From contig CAZTFR010000005.1 in the NCBI GenBank assembly GCA_964612945.1, positions 1,716 through 65,715 on the forward strand: a stretch of 64,000 bases of DNA, in the 5' to 3' direction. This document shows positions 16,836 through 26,357 of this stretch, one piece after another. The DNA comes from an uncultured Thermoplasmatales archaeon. Its GTDB lineage: Archaea > Thermoplasmatota > E2 > DHVEG-1. Each line of letters starts with the position of its first letter. Position 1 is the first letter of the stretch. The position numbers were made by a program, and so were the translations under genes. The notes beneath the pieces are model-generated. The model had not been told where the DNA came from. It made no database searches and saw only the letters and a list, made by a program, of their open reading frames with translations.

Positions 16836-17714
16836 ATGAGATTTATAGGAGGAACTGTATTGTCATCTGATATGCCAGAAACCCCCTTTGAGCAGATTCA
16901 AAAGCATGCATCAGGTTTTCTCTCGGAATCACTTGTGAAAAATCTACCGCGGAAGTGGGAAAAAATCGGTGATGTGCTTCTTCTAAAAATTCCAGAGGAG
17001 CTCAGTGGGTATGCTGAGCAGGTTGCACAACTATATGCAGACGTGTTGGACTGTAAATCCGTGTTACAGGATGTGGGAGGTATCTCTGGTGTGTATCGAG
17101 AACCACAAGTTGTTCTGCTCTATGGACTACCAGATACAGAAACTGTTCATGTGGAAAATACGGTGCGCTACAAATTAAATCCCAAAAGAGTAATGTTTTC
17201 TTCGGGTAACATGGATGAGCGGATTCGTATGGGCCGTGTTGTTTCTGATGGTGAGGTCGTCGTTGATTTATTTGCAGGAATCGGGTATTTCTCGCTTCCT
17301 ATCGCCGTGCACAGTAGTCCGCAGAGAGTTTTTTCTTGTGAGATGAATCCGGTTGCCTTTGAGTATTTGAAAGAAAATATTGTTCTGAATGATGTCACTC
17401 ATTTGATCAGACCAGTATTTGGTGATAACCGCAAGACTGCTCCACAGGGTGTTGCTGATCGGGTGATCATGGGGTATCTGAAGGATACCTGGCAGTATCT
17501 CCCTGTCGCTTTTAACTGTCTAAAAGACAACAAGGGCATTCTTCATTATCATGAAACCGGTGCAGTGGGAAATATTGTGAAGCAGTCCTGCAAGCGTCTT
17601 GATCGGTTTGCACAAAAAAAGAATAGAAAGATAACAAGGGTGAAATCACATATTATCAAGTCCTACGCCCCTGGTGTTTCACATGTCGTTCTTGATGTGA
17701 TGATCAATGAGTGA
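16836..17714 (+). CDS. trm5: tRNA (guanine37-N1)-methyltransferase, Trm5/Taw22 (Met-10+) family
   Basis: Class-I SAM methyltransferase core VVDLFAGIGYFSLPIA...CEMNPVAFEYLKENIVLNDV with NPxx. The length and domain order are typical of archaeal Trm5. Confidence 0.75.
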   Translation: MRFIGGTVLSSDMPETPFEQIQKHASGFLSESLVKNLPRKWEKIGDVLLLKIPEELSGYAEQVAQLYADVLDCKSVLQDVGGISGVYREPQVVLLYGLPDTETVHVENTVRYKLNPKRVMFSSGNMDERIRMGRVVSDGEVVVDLFAGIGYFSLPIAVHSSPQRVFSCEMNPVAFEYLKENIVLNDVTHLIRPVFGDNRKTAPQGVADRVIMGYLKDTWQYLPVAFNCLKDNKGILHYHETGAVGNIVKQSCKRLDRFAQKKNRKITRVKSHIIKSYAPGVSHVVLDVMINE

Positions 17715-18222
17715 GCAAATCAAATTATATGTGTATCATCTCAACGATGATGACCCTAAAAAATGTAGTGCAAAAAAGATGCAACGATTTGATCTAGCAA
17801 ACGTGGTCCATCAGATCAGGTGTCTCCCTCGAGGGGCAATAGTGTTGCATCCCTATGCAGAACAAAGTCTTTCTCCTGCAGATAGTAATCTGGCTGAAAA
17901 AAGAGGGATTATTGCTGTTGACTGCTCATGGAAACATGCCGAAGAGGTTTTTAAAAAATTATCAACATATGGAGTCTCTCGGGCGCTTCCATTTCTAGTG
18001 GCAGTAAATCCAGTTAACTATGGAAAACCATTTAAACTTACCACGTTGGAGGCGTTTGCTGGATCACTTTCTATTCTTGGAAAAGCAGATCAAGCTCAGA
18101 AAATTCTTCAAATATACAAGTGGGCACCGCAGTTTATGAAGTTGAATAGAGAACCTCTTGAAGAATACCAAAAAGCTAAAAATAGCGCTGAAGTTATTTC
18201 TATTATGAAGCAATATATTTAG
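17707..18222 (+). CDS. tsr3: Tsr3 (DUF367), 18S/16S rRNA aminocarboxypropyltransferase
   Basis: DDPKKCSAKKMQRFDLA and VDCSW motifs match Tsr3. Length 171 aa. It overlaps the trm5 stop by 8 nt. Confidence 0.7.
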   Translation: MSEQIKLYVYHLNDDDPKKCSAKKMQRFDLANVVHQIRCLPRGAIVLHPYAEQSLSPADSNLAEKRGIIAVDCSWKHAEEVFKKLSTYGVSRALPFLVAVNPVNYGKPFKLTTLEAFAGSLSILGKADQAQKILQIYKWAPQFMKLNREPLEEYQKAKNSAEVISIMKQYI

Positions 18223-18302
18223 ATATATAAATATATATCTTTTTCACTAGGTTTAAGTAATACCATCTGATGTCCAGCATATATATTTGATTTCTCGGTG
18301 AA

Positions 18303-19697
18303 ATGAGCATGAAAAAATCCAATCTCGACTCCTTTTTCAAACCAAAAAGCATCGCTGTCGTTGGTGCATCAAACACCAGCACCAAAATCGGTCATTCCGC
18401 CCTAAAAAATATTCTCATCTCAGATTATGACTGCGATATTTACCCCATTAATCCAAATGAAGAAGAAATCCTCAGACTGAAATGCTACCCAAAACTCACG
18501 GATGTTCCAAAAAAAATCGATCTTGCCATTATTGCCGTACCCGCACCGATTGTCAAATCAATCATCAAGGACTGTGTTAAAAAAGACATCAAATGGGCCA
18601 TTATCATCTCCTCAGGTTTCGGCGAAGTTGGAAGAGAAGACATGGAACACGAAATCGCATCCCTCATCAAAGGAACCAATCTGCACATCCTCGGACCAAA
18701 CACGATGGGATACAAGAACGCATCAGATGATCTGGATGCCTCCTTTGTGTTTGGTATGCCTCGAAAGGGAAACCTTGCGCTAATCAGCCAAAGCGGAGCA
18801 CTTGGAATGGGCATGATTTATCTGGCAAACAACGAGTTTGTCGGTCTTTCAAAAATCGTCGGAGTCGGAAACAAACTCGACCTTGACGATGATGATCTCA
18901 TCGATTATTTTGCAGAGGACGATGAAACCAAAGTCATCGGACTCTACATCGAAGCACTCAAAGACGGACGCCAATTTATGAACAGCATCAAAGCATGCAA
19001 AAAACCAGTCCTGGTCGTCAAGGCAGGACGAAGTCAGGCAGGAGCACGAGCAACCGCATCACACACCGGATCCATGGCGGGAAGTGACAAAATCTACGGC
19101 GCTGCCATCAGACAAGCCGGAGGCATCCGCTGCCGAGATGTCGTCGAACTCTTTGACATGGCACGCGCCCTTGCAGGACAACCCAACGCACAAGGCAACC
19201 GCATCGGCATCATCACCAACGGCGGCGGCCTGGGAATTCTACTTACCGACGCATGCGAAGCAAACGGCCTAGTCATCCCCAAGCTTTCGAAAAAAACATA
19301 TAAGAAAATCGATGACATCCTCCCGGATCTCATCCATCCAAACAACCCGGTAGACCTTGTTGCTGATGCTGGATTTGAACGCTACGAAGCAGCCACACGA
19401 GCACTCCTCGAAGATCCTAATATCGATGGTATCATTGTCGCATCGGTGCATGCAGGTTATGCTCGACCTCGGGAATATACCGGAGCGATTTTAAAAATGG
19501 TGCGAGAACGAAGACTGCATGAAGAATTTAAAAAACCTATACTGGGCTGCTGGGTAGGCGGCAAAGAATTCGAAGATATGGTCCTCGATCTCAAAGCCGC
19601 AGGCGTCCCCATATTTCCTTCATCCTGGAGAACCGCTCGAGCCATGCTCGCACTCTCTTTGGAGGGTGAACGAATCAAGCGTGAAAAAAAAGAGTAA
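18303..19697 (+). CDS. acdA: Acetyl-CoA synthetase (ADP-forming)/NDP-forming acyl-CoA ligase, alpha subunit (CoA-binding + CoA-ligase domains)
   Basis: N-terminal CoA-binding Rossmann segment (PKSIAVVGASNTSTKIGHSALKNI) followed by a succinyl-CoA-synthetase-like domain. Length 464 aa. Confidence 0.8.
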   Translation: MSMKKSNLDSFFKPKSIAVVGASNTSTKIGHSALKNILISDYDCDIYPINPNEEEILRLKCYPKLTDVPKKIDLAIIAVPAPIVKSIIKDCVKKDIKWAIIISSGFGEVGREDMEHEIASLIKGTNLHILGPNTMGYKNASDDLDASFVFGMPRKGNLALISQSGALGMGMIYLANNEFVGLSKIVGVGNKLDLDDDDLIDYFAEDDETKVIGLYIEALKDGRQFMNSIKACKKPVLVVKAGRSQAGARATASHTGSMAGSDKIYGAAIRQAGGIRCRDVVELFDMARALAGQPNAQGNRIGIITNGGGLGILLTDACEANGLVIPKLSKKTYKKIDDILPDLIHPNNPVDLVADAGFERYEAATRALLEDPNIDGIIVASVHAGYARPREYTGAILKMVRERRLHEEFKKPILGCWVGGKEFEDMVLDLKAAGVPIFPSSWRTARAMLALSLEGERIKREKKE

Positions 19698-20048
19698 TTA
19701 TTCCACCCAATCGACACCCAGTTCTTCCTTCCAATCGGGGTTTTTATTTTTCCATTTCTCCGCAATATCAGGTGAAAGACATTTCTCACATAACCCAACA
19801 AGATGATAATAACAAGAGGTACACACGGTTCGGCCACATTTAATACAGGTTGTAGCCGCAGGATTCTCTCCACAGATTTCACATTTCCCCTTTATCTTTT
19901 TCTTTTTCGCAGATGTCTTTTTGCCATCGGACTGCCTCTTTTTTTCTCCCTTCAACCATTTTTTTAAATCTTCGTTCATTTCCTGCTTGTTTTGTTTCGA
20001 GGTGTTTTTTGCAGATAAATTATGTGTGGTTTTTTTCATGTCTTTCAT
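19698..20048 (-). CDS. Lys-rich protein with a C-terminal C4+C4 zinc-ribbon (hypothetical)
   Basis: CEICGENPAATTCIKCGRTVCTSCYYHLVGLCEKC carries CxxC pairs. The N-terminal half is a K/E-rich low-complexity tail. Confidence 0.45.
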   Translation of the reverse strand: MKDMKKTTHNLSAKNTSKQNKQEMNEDLKKWLKGEKKRQSDGKKTSAKKKKIKGKCEICGENPAATTCIKCGRTVCTSCYYHLVGLCEKCLSPDIAEKWKNKNPDWKEELGVDWVE

Positions 20049-20091
20049 CGCTCAAAAGAAATGGTATCAGCACATAGATACTGGATGGTTT

Positions 20092-20688
20092 TTATGTTTT
20101 TGCCTGCTGTTGTTTTTTATGACCAAAGAGCACATTTCCAAGGATATGAATAAAAGGAGTTACAAGAAGCAGAACCACAGTCTGCCAGGGAAAAAGATGC
20201 TGAAGGAACCAATTATAATCAGTAACGCCACTAGCTTCAAGCATAGTGCTCATTAAGAAACAAAAGAACAAGGCACCAACGATAAAATCGAGTTGATCAA
20301 AGACCCGCCAGTCCTGACCGCGGTCTTTTCCAATTCTTCGTTTAAAAAAGCTTTCAATAATGTCACCAAGGAGTGCACCGAAGCAGAGGGAAAAGAGAAG
20401 AGGGATCATGAGGGGAAATCCTTCAAAATCGGTAAGATTAAGAAAGGAGTAGTCGGTCTGTTGCAGAAAGCGGGCGGCAATAACCAGGCCAAAGCCAAGA
20501 GTCATGCCAAGAAAGGTCCCTGAGAACAGGCCCCTCCAGGTTTTTCCATCCCCAAGGATCCGTCGGTTATCTCGCCAGATCTTTCCAAAATCAATGGGGA
20601 TGCCACCGCCCACGAGAACCGCGCTTGCATTGGTCATACAGATAGGGATGACGATCCAGAGGGCTTGGGCAACGACAATGTAGTCCAT
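20092..20688 (-). CDS. carS: CDP-archaeol synthase (CDP-2,3-bis-O-geranylgeranyl-sn-glycerol synthase)
   Basis: ALWIVIPICMTNASAVLVGGGIPIDFGK...ILGDGKTWRG matches the CarS/DUF46 signature. Multi-TM protein of 198 aa. Confidence 0.75.
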   Translation of the reverse strand: MDYIVVAQALWIVIPICMTNASAVLVGGGIPIDFGKIWRDNRRILGDGKTWRGLFSGTFLGMTLGFGLVIAARFLQQTDYSFLNLTDFEGFPLMIPLLFSLCFGALLGDIIESFFKRRIGKDRGQDWRVFDQLDFIVGALFFCFLMSTMLEASGVTDYNWFLQHLFPWQTVVLLLVTPFIHILGNVLFGHKKQQQAKT

Positions 20689-20741
20689 TTACAAGCTGTA
20701 TCTTTCAGTTCTTTAAAAATACAACGGGGAAAAAACAGAGT

Positions 20742-21251
20742 TTATTTTCGTGTAATCTTTAGACCCGTGTAGTTAAATTTATTGGATCGTTTCACCAGCG
20801 CCTTGAGTGCGGTATTTGAAATGTTAAAGGTTTCAGAGACCTTGTTTCCGAAGGTTCCATTTTCGCCGATAAAATCATAGATTTCTTCCTCTAGTTCTGA
20901 GAAATTCTGTTCATCAAGAACCGATATGTTAAAGATCTCGCTAATCTCATTGACCGGACAGGAGATGTTGATGTTGAAAAGGGAATAAAACGAGCGGTAC
21001 ATCTTTTGTGGTTTCCCATTGATTCCTTCATTAGGTGTCGTCCATTTGGTCTCAGCAAGTTTCATTTTCTCAAAGTATTCAACCGCGTCTCTTCCTTCAT
21101 CTCCATATTCATGAATGATAACGCTGGTGGGGGTCCAATCATCGGAAATACGGAGAAACACCTCTTTTTTAATGGATGAATCAAAGGCTCTGATAATAGA
21201 GACTAAATCTGCAGAATCATTGATGACTTTTGTGCGAATCATAAAAACCAC
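20742..21251 (-). CDS. Hypothetical cytoplasmic protein
   Basis: 169-aa ORF. It has a clean intergenic context with AT-rich promoter regions on both sides. No recognisable motif. Confidence 0.4.
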   Translation of the reverse strand: MVFMIRTKVINDSADLVSIIRAFDSSIKKEVFLRISDDWTPTSVIIHEYGDEGRDAVEYFEKMKLAETKWTTPNEGINGKPQKMYRSFYSLFNINISCPVNEISEIFNISVLDEQNFSELEEEIYDFIGENGTFGNKVSETFNISNTALKALVKRSNKFNYTGLKITRK

Positions 21252-21420
21252 TAATTTTTTATAGTAGCAATCTGAAAACAGTATTTTGCCTATTTAAACT
21301 TTTTGTATAAAAATTATTATATTAAAATATTACATCAAAAAATACTATTCAAAAGTAAATCAGCAATACCCGCTATGCAGTCATCTAAAGGAGCATTTCG
21401 ATATCGTTACACGATATAAT

Positions 21421-23838
21421 TTAGCTGATTACAAACGGACCTAAAGACAACGCAAAGGAAGTAAGATTTTCACGTCCAACAGAGACACAGATTTGAATTC
21501 TACCAAGCCCAAACTGAGCAGTCTCTACCGAACCAATATCTCCACAGTTCAAATCATACAAGGCAATCGTTTTTGGATGACGAGGATACAAAAGAATACC
21601 CTCTAAAGCAGTAACCGTAAGTGTAATATTCATCTCAGAAACAGCAAAATCACCCATATTAATAACTTCACCAAAGAGTTTTATCGGAGCTGTTTTCGTC
21701 CGCAACAAAAGACTGGTGACGGTGACCTGTTTAGCCGGAGACCAGTCACTTTGCACCCCATACGAATCACGAGCTTTTACTCGAACAAGATAGCTGCCTT
21801 GTTCTTTCCATAGATGAAAGGATTTCGGTTCAGAACGCCATCCACTTGTTGTTCCATCACCCCAATCAAAAAGATAAAACACCTCATCACCCTCCGGATC
21901 AGAAACCGCTGAGGTAAAAAACGTATGATTCCTATTAACAGAGAGACCTCCTGGCCCCGCAGGGGCGCCTGGAGTTTCAGGTGGCGCACTGAGTTCTATG
22001 ATCAGGGTGGGATCTCCAAAAAGATTTAACCCATAGTAGACCCATCGCATACATCCTTCATTAATTCGATAGAGGTTATCCTCCTTGGAATCCTGATTTG
22101 CCTGACCAAGCGAAGTAAAACTTTCTTCAAATATGGCATCATAAAACTCCCGATGAAACCGCTGTGAAGGACCATCTGTTGTTCCTTGTGCACCCCAGCC
22201 ATACCGCGCATTCCAAATCCCTGCAAATGCCGCATGAGCCGTTTTCACCGTAAACGATTCTGCAATACAATCTACACCAGTAGGATTATCAAATCCACCA
22301 GCCATACAACCCTGTGAATACATAAAAGCGGGATACTCATTTGTAAGCTCTTGTTCTACATCAAGGATAGAAAGTTTCATATTTGTTTGATAAAACGCAT
22401 GTCCATCATGATTAATTAAACCGACATTCTGATTTATCCGGTCGATGAGTTCGGATTTCGGCCAATTATTATCAGACCAGTTTCTATCATACAGCTTATC
22501 GATTGCATACACGCCAGAGGGGATACCCATAGTAGTATACCAATACTTGTCACACTGATCGATCAAGTCATCCATCGAATTTCCACCCCATCGTGCCACT
22601 CCAGTAAAACCAAGATCCTCCCCAACCATCAACGCCGTACTAAGACAGGGATCTTCAACGGTGAGATAGGTACAGGTTTTTTCAACAAAATTCTCGACCT
22701 CACTGAGCGTATCAACACAGGCACGTCCCACATAGACTTCAGCAATAAGATCAACATCGCCACCTTCATCGCCATCATCTGGTTCACCCCATTTATCATC
22801 ATTATCATAGTTAAACGTTCCATCCAGGCATCCATAGTAAAAATCCGAAGGCATCTCCATGACGTCTCCACCAGACCATGCCTCAACCCAAAGTTGCTGA
22901 GCAGGGACCTGCTCCGTATCCCCACCGAGTAACACATAATCTACGCCTTGATCAAGATACTCCGTTGAGATATATTCTCGAATCGCTTGGGGTGTTGTCC
23001 TATTTATTTCTTCTATTGTAACAATAGATGTCTGTAAGCCTTGCTCTTCATGGACAGATTTCAAGGGCAAAAATCCCTCCTTCAGTTGTTCTGTAGTAAT
23101 AATGAGAAGATGATGAGGTGAAAACCCCGTAGTTCGTGGCTGATCTGCGGAGAGCGGATAACTTTGAAGTTGCTCAGGGTTATCAACTCTGTTTTGTACA
23201 GCAAGATAGTCCCCATAGCTGTCTCGATACAGAGGTGAAAGGTTTTTATCTGTCGAAGATGTCTGTATGGTAAGCTGAATATTAGAGGAAAAGCAAAGTG
23301 ACTGATCAGAAGAATCATATACTATGGGTTTCAACTGAAGAACTAGCAGTTGATAGCCCCTGAAGTAATAGGTGCCAATAACCCTATACGAGCTACTATC
23401 AGACGGTGACGGCTCTGAAATAGCTGGTATAACTCGATTCTTAACAGTGCAAAAAGGTACAGGATATTCTGCATTTTTCAGACGAAATCCACTTCCTAAC
23501 GATATTGTTTCATCTGAAGAACACCTGATATCTTCTAGCTGCGAGTTTGCCGGAAGCAAAATGATTGCTGATTGAATAGGTAGTAGGGGATGTTCGGGAT
23601 TTGCTGACTGACTTATACCCGGTATCTGCACGAAATCATAGGGTTGATCATCAATTATCTTTTGGGTGAGGATGGGGTCTGAAAATATATACTCAAGCTG
23701 TATCGAATTTGGTGGCAATTGAGATTTTTTTAGACCACTGATGGATATCGATGAACCAATGAAGAGGAAGATTAAAAAAGTAGCAAGAAGGAGACTGAGA
23801 AAACAGCCCTGTTTTCTCATGTCCTGCCACCAAGGCAT
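21421..23838 (-). CDS. Secreted peptidase C25 (gingipain-like cysteine protease) with a PKD domain and a C-terminal type-A module
   Basis: Signal peptide present. YVLLGGDTEQVPAQ, SDFYYG and VYVGRACVDTLSEV match the gingipain YVLLIGD..IPAK / IGRFSCES motifs. Catalytic His (INHDGHAF) and Cys (SQGCMAGGFD) are retained. PKD motif FDWGDGTTSGW. C-terminus ...FGLGRIQI...SLGPFVIS. Confidence 0.75.
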   Translation of the reverse strand: MPWWQDMRKQGCFLSLLLATFLIFLFIGSSISISGLKKSQLPPNSIQLEYIFSDPILTQKIIDDQPYDFVQIPGISQSANPEHPLLPIQSAIILLPANSQLEDIRCSSDETISLGSGFRLKNAEYPVPFCTVKNRVIPAISEPSPSDSSSYRVIGTYYFRGYQLLVLQLKPIVYDSSDQSLCFSSNIQLTIQTSSTDKNLSPLYRDSYGDYLAVQNRVDNPEQLQSYPLSADQPRTTGFSPHHLLIITTEQLKEGFLPLKSVHEEQGLQTSIVTIEEINRTTPQAIREYISTEYLDQGVDYVLLGGDTEQVPAQQLWVEAWSGGDVMEMPSDFYYGCLDGTFNYDNDDKWGEPDDGDEGGDVDLIAEVYVGRACVDTLSEVENFVEKTCTYLTVEDPCLSTALMVGEDLGFTGVARWGGNSMDDLIDQCDKYWYTTMGIPSGVYAIDKLYDRNWSDNNWPKSELIDRINQNVGLINHDGHAFYQTNMKLSILDVEQELTNEYPAFMYSQGCMAGGFDNPTGVDCIAESFTVKTAHAAFAGIWNARYGWGAQGTTDGPSQRFHREFYDAIFEESFTSLGQANQDSKEDNLYRINEGCMRWVYYGLNLFGDPTLIIELSAPPETPGAPAGPGGLSVNRNHTFFTSAVSDPEGDEVFYLFDWGDGTTSGWRSEPKSFHLWKEQGSYLVRVKARDSYGVQSDWSPAKQVTVTSLLLRTKTAPIKLFGEVINMGDFAVSEMNITLTVTALEGILLYPRHPKTIALYDLNCGDIGSVETAQFGLGRIQICVSVGRENLTSFALSLGPFVIS

Positions 23839-26357
23839 ATCAGATTTTGAATTCGTTGAAGCATAGTACTAGCCCACTGAAAAAACGGCGTAAGAAATGT
23901 CTCGAAGCGCTGGATAATTCGATTAAATATTGGAAACATCGGATGGGAGTTTTGATGTGATGTGGAAAGGGTGACTGGTACTGAACAGAAATCAGATATG
24001 TTATGTGAATTTTCTATAACAATTTCCCCAGTGAAATTTGATTGTTTTTCATCAGGTGCTGTGACAACGACAAAAACGCTGAATTCTTGACCGTCTGCTT
24101 GAAGGTCTTCACCATGTTCTGGGAAAAACTGCCAAGTTCCCCAATCGGGAGTCTCAATGATTTCCCAATCAAGACGAGAACCAGTTTCGCCTATATTTTT
24201 AACGACAAAACTCCCTGTTTCAGCAGTTCCAGCGACCATGGTTTCAAACACAAGGTTTCCTTCGCAGCTGAGATCAGATCGCGGTTGCCGGGTGGTAAAC
24301 CGCCAAACAGGGCTTTGCATAAATCTGTTTGAATCATCCCAAATTACAACCCGCCAATAGTATTCTGATGAATACGCAAGAGCTCCTACTTGATATGAAG
24401 ATTCCTCTTGTGCTATGGATACCACCGGTGGTGGATTAGTGGTTCCAAAGTAGACATCATAGGTAAGCCGCTCCTCAGGATCAGGATCACTACCGATCCA
24501 TTGGAGAACAGGGTTGATTGTATGGATATGTGCTCCATCTGCAGGACGCGGGTCAGTGGGTTGATGTGGTGGAAGATTAATTCTAAAGTGTTGCTCGGGC
24601 GTTGTCGTAAGTTTTCCTCTTTTATTTTTGTAGCAAATACTCCAACTAACAACAGTGCCTTGTGCAATCGTTGGATTCGACCAGGTAAAATTTGTCCATA
24701 CCCACGTGTCCAGAAGAGTGAAAATCATAGTGGGGGAACCATATTTCCGTCCACTTTTATGTTCGTTTTCTTCCTCTTCGCCATAGGTTGCAATATTATG
24801 AAAACCATGACGATAGAAGTTGTTTCGTTCTGTTTGAATCCATGCATCACTGCGCGCGTCATTAAAGACGTGGAATTCATCAAAATTGCCAGAGAAGAAT
24901 TTTGTTTTATTAGCATTTGCTCCTATGAATAATCCGTTGGTACTGGCGCTGAGAGGTTGAGTTAGATTCACCTCATTTTCTAGTATTCCATCGACAAAAA
25001 TGGACATTTTGTGTTGAAGGGTATCAACTCGCATAACCACATGTGTATCATATGATATAGTGCGATTCTCTGAGGCCACTGATTCGGTAGTAGTATCTTC
25101 ATAGGTGACTGTTGCAAGGTATTTTCCAGAATAGTCTCCCTGATTGGGTACGTCCATAGCTGGATTTTGTGATCCATTAGAAGAGAATATAGGACGACCA
25201 CTATACTCCACGCCCAGATTTAGCGTAATGGTATATGATTTATCTCTAGGAATGGTGAAGTTATTTATTTCTTTGAAATTATATCCACTAGTATCAGCAT
25301 CCCAACCGTTGCCAGTACTATCTGTGTCATCTATCATATGATGAACCATGAGGTAATCATCATTCCAGACACCTGCTGGATTTTCCTGACTCTCGCATTC
25401 AAGATTACCATAGTACATGTAAAGTTCTGTATCATCTGTTGAGCTGAGATATGGAACCCGTACCCAGGCGTTGAGTGATTTTCGATTAAAGGTTTCAATT
25501 TCATGATCATAGCGTATACTATTTGTCATATCGGTGAAGACAAAATCATCAGCATCTGCTTGTGCCTTGTAGAAATCAATGGAGGTACATCGTATTCGAA
25601 TGGGAAAATCTTCAAAATCATCAAGTACTTCAGTATGATCAATGGTAATCTTTTTTCTATATTTCCATGCTGGATCCCACCATTCTCCATCGAGATGATA
25701 CCAGGTGCCATCCTCATTGACATTTAAGACAGCCTCTTGCAGACCATACTCATCTTTTCCTTGTGCAGAAAGTACGACAAAATTCTCCGGGTTGATCTTT
25801 GATTTTGATTGCTGTACATTTTGATACTGTGGCGGTTTATTCAAAATAGTAATCGTTGCATTATACGTGTCTGGTTCAAGAAAATCTCCAGAAGTTGCTC
25901 CATACCTTGTGACTGGGACAAATGAAAGGTTATGTTCTCCATCGGTGGACTCCTGAAAGACTCGGACAATAATTGTGCAGAGCTGCCCTTGTCCAAGGGG
26001 CAGACCTTCGCCGGGTGTACCCTCTGATTCTGAAAACCAGATTTTAATACGCCGACCACCCGAAGGGGGTGTTTTTATGATATAATTATATGGGTCTTCA
26101 TCTACACAGTTATCAAATTTCAGATCATACATATCTATTTCAGATTCATTAAACACGATATGCATGTTTACCCAGTCAACTTCCTGACTCCAGTTACCAA
26201 ACAACGGGATTTCATGATCAATAACACCTGCACGAGCCGTGGTGTGTTGAATGCGGACACTATCCGCTTCAGGTTCAAATTCTGCGCTTCCAAGAACATT
26301 AGAAAATACAAGAACAATCATCAATATCCCGATAAAGAAACTCTTTGCTTTTTTCAT
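23817..26357 (-). CDS. Secreted surface protein: DUF2341 + LamG/concanavalin-like + FN3-like domain + C-terminal type-B module
   Basis: Signal peptide MKKAKSFFIGILMIVLVFSNVLGSA. WWDPAWKYRKKITIDHTEVLDDFEDFPIRI is the DUF2341 signature. LamG-like segment (…LFIGANANKTKFFSGNFDEFHVFN). FN3-like segment (YYWRVVIWD...PVWRFTT). The C-terminus contains FVVKNIGE. Confidence 0.7.
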   Translation of the reverse strand: MKKAKSFFIGILMIVLVFSNVLGSAEFEPEADSVRIQHTTARAGVIDHEIPLFGNWSQEVDWVNMHIVFNESEIDMYDLKFDNCVDEDPYNYIIKTPPSGGRRIKIWFSESEGTPGEGLPLGQGQLCTIIVRVFQESTDGEHNLSFVPVTRYGATSGDFLEPDTYNATITILNKPPQYQNVQQSKSKINPENFVVLSAQGKDEYGLQEAVLNVNEDGTWYHLDGEWWDPAWKYRKKITIDHTEVLDDFEDFPIRIRCTSIDFYKAQADADDFVFTDMTNSIRYDHEIETFNRKSLNAWVRVPYLSSTDDTELYMYYGNLECESQENPAGVWNDDYLMVHHMIDDTDSTGNGWDADTSGYNFKEINNFTIPRDKSYTITLNLGVEYSGRPIFSSNGSQNPAMDVPNQGDYSGKYLATVTYEDTTTESVASENRTISYDTHVVMRVDTLQHKMSIFVDGILENEVNLTQPLSASTNGLFIGANANKTKFFSGNFDEFHVFNDARSDAWIQTERNNFYRHGFHNIATYGEEEENEHKSGRKYGSPTMIFTLLDTWVWTNFTWSNPTIAQGTVVSWSICYKNKRGKLTTTPEQHFRINLPPHQPTDPRPADGAHIHTINPVLQWIGSDPDPEERLTYDVYFGTTNPPPVVSIAQEESSYQVGALAYSSEYYWRVVIWDDSNRFMQSPVWRFTTRQPRSDLSCEGNLVFETMVAGTAETGSFVVKNIGETGSRLDWEIIETPDWGTWQFFPEHGEDLQADGQEFSVFVVVTAPDEKQSNFTGEIVIENSHNISDFCSVPVTLSTSHQNSHPMFPIFNRIIQRFETFLTPFFQWASTMLQRIQNLICLGGRT

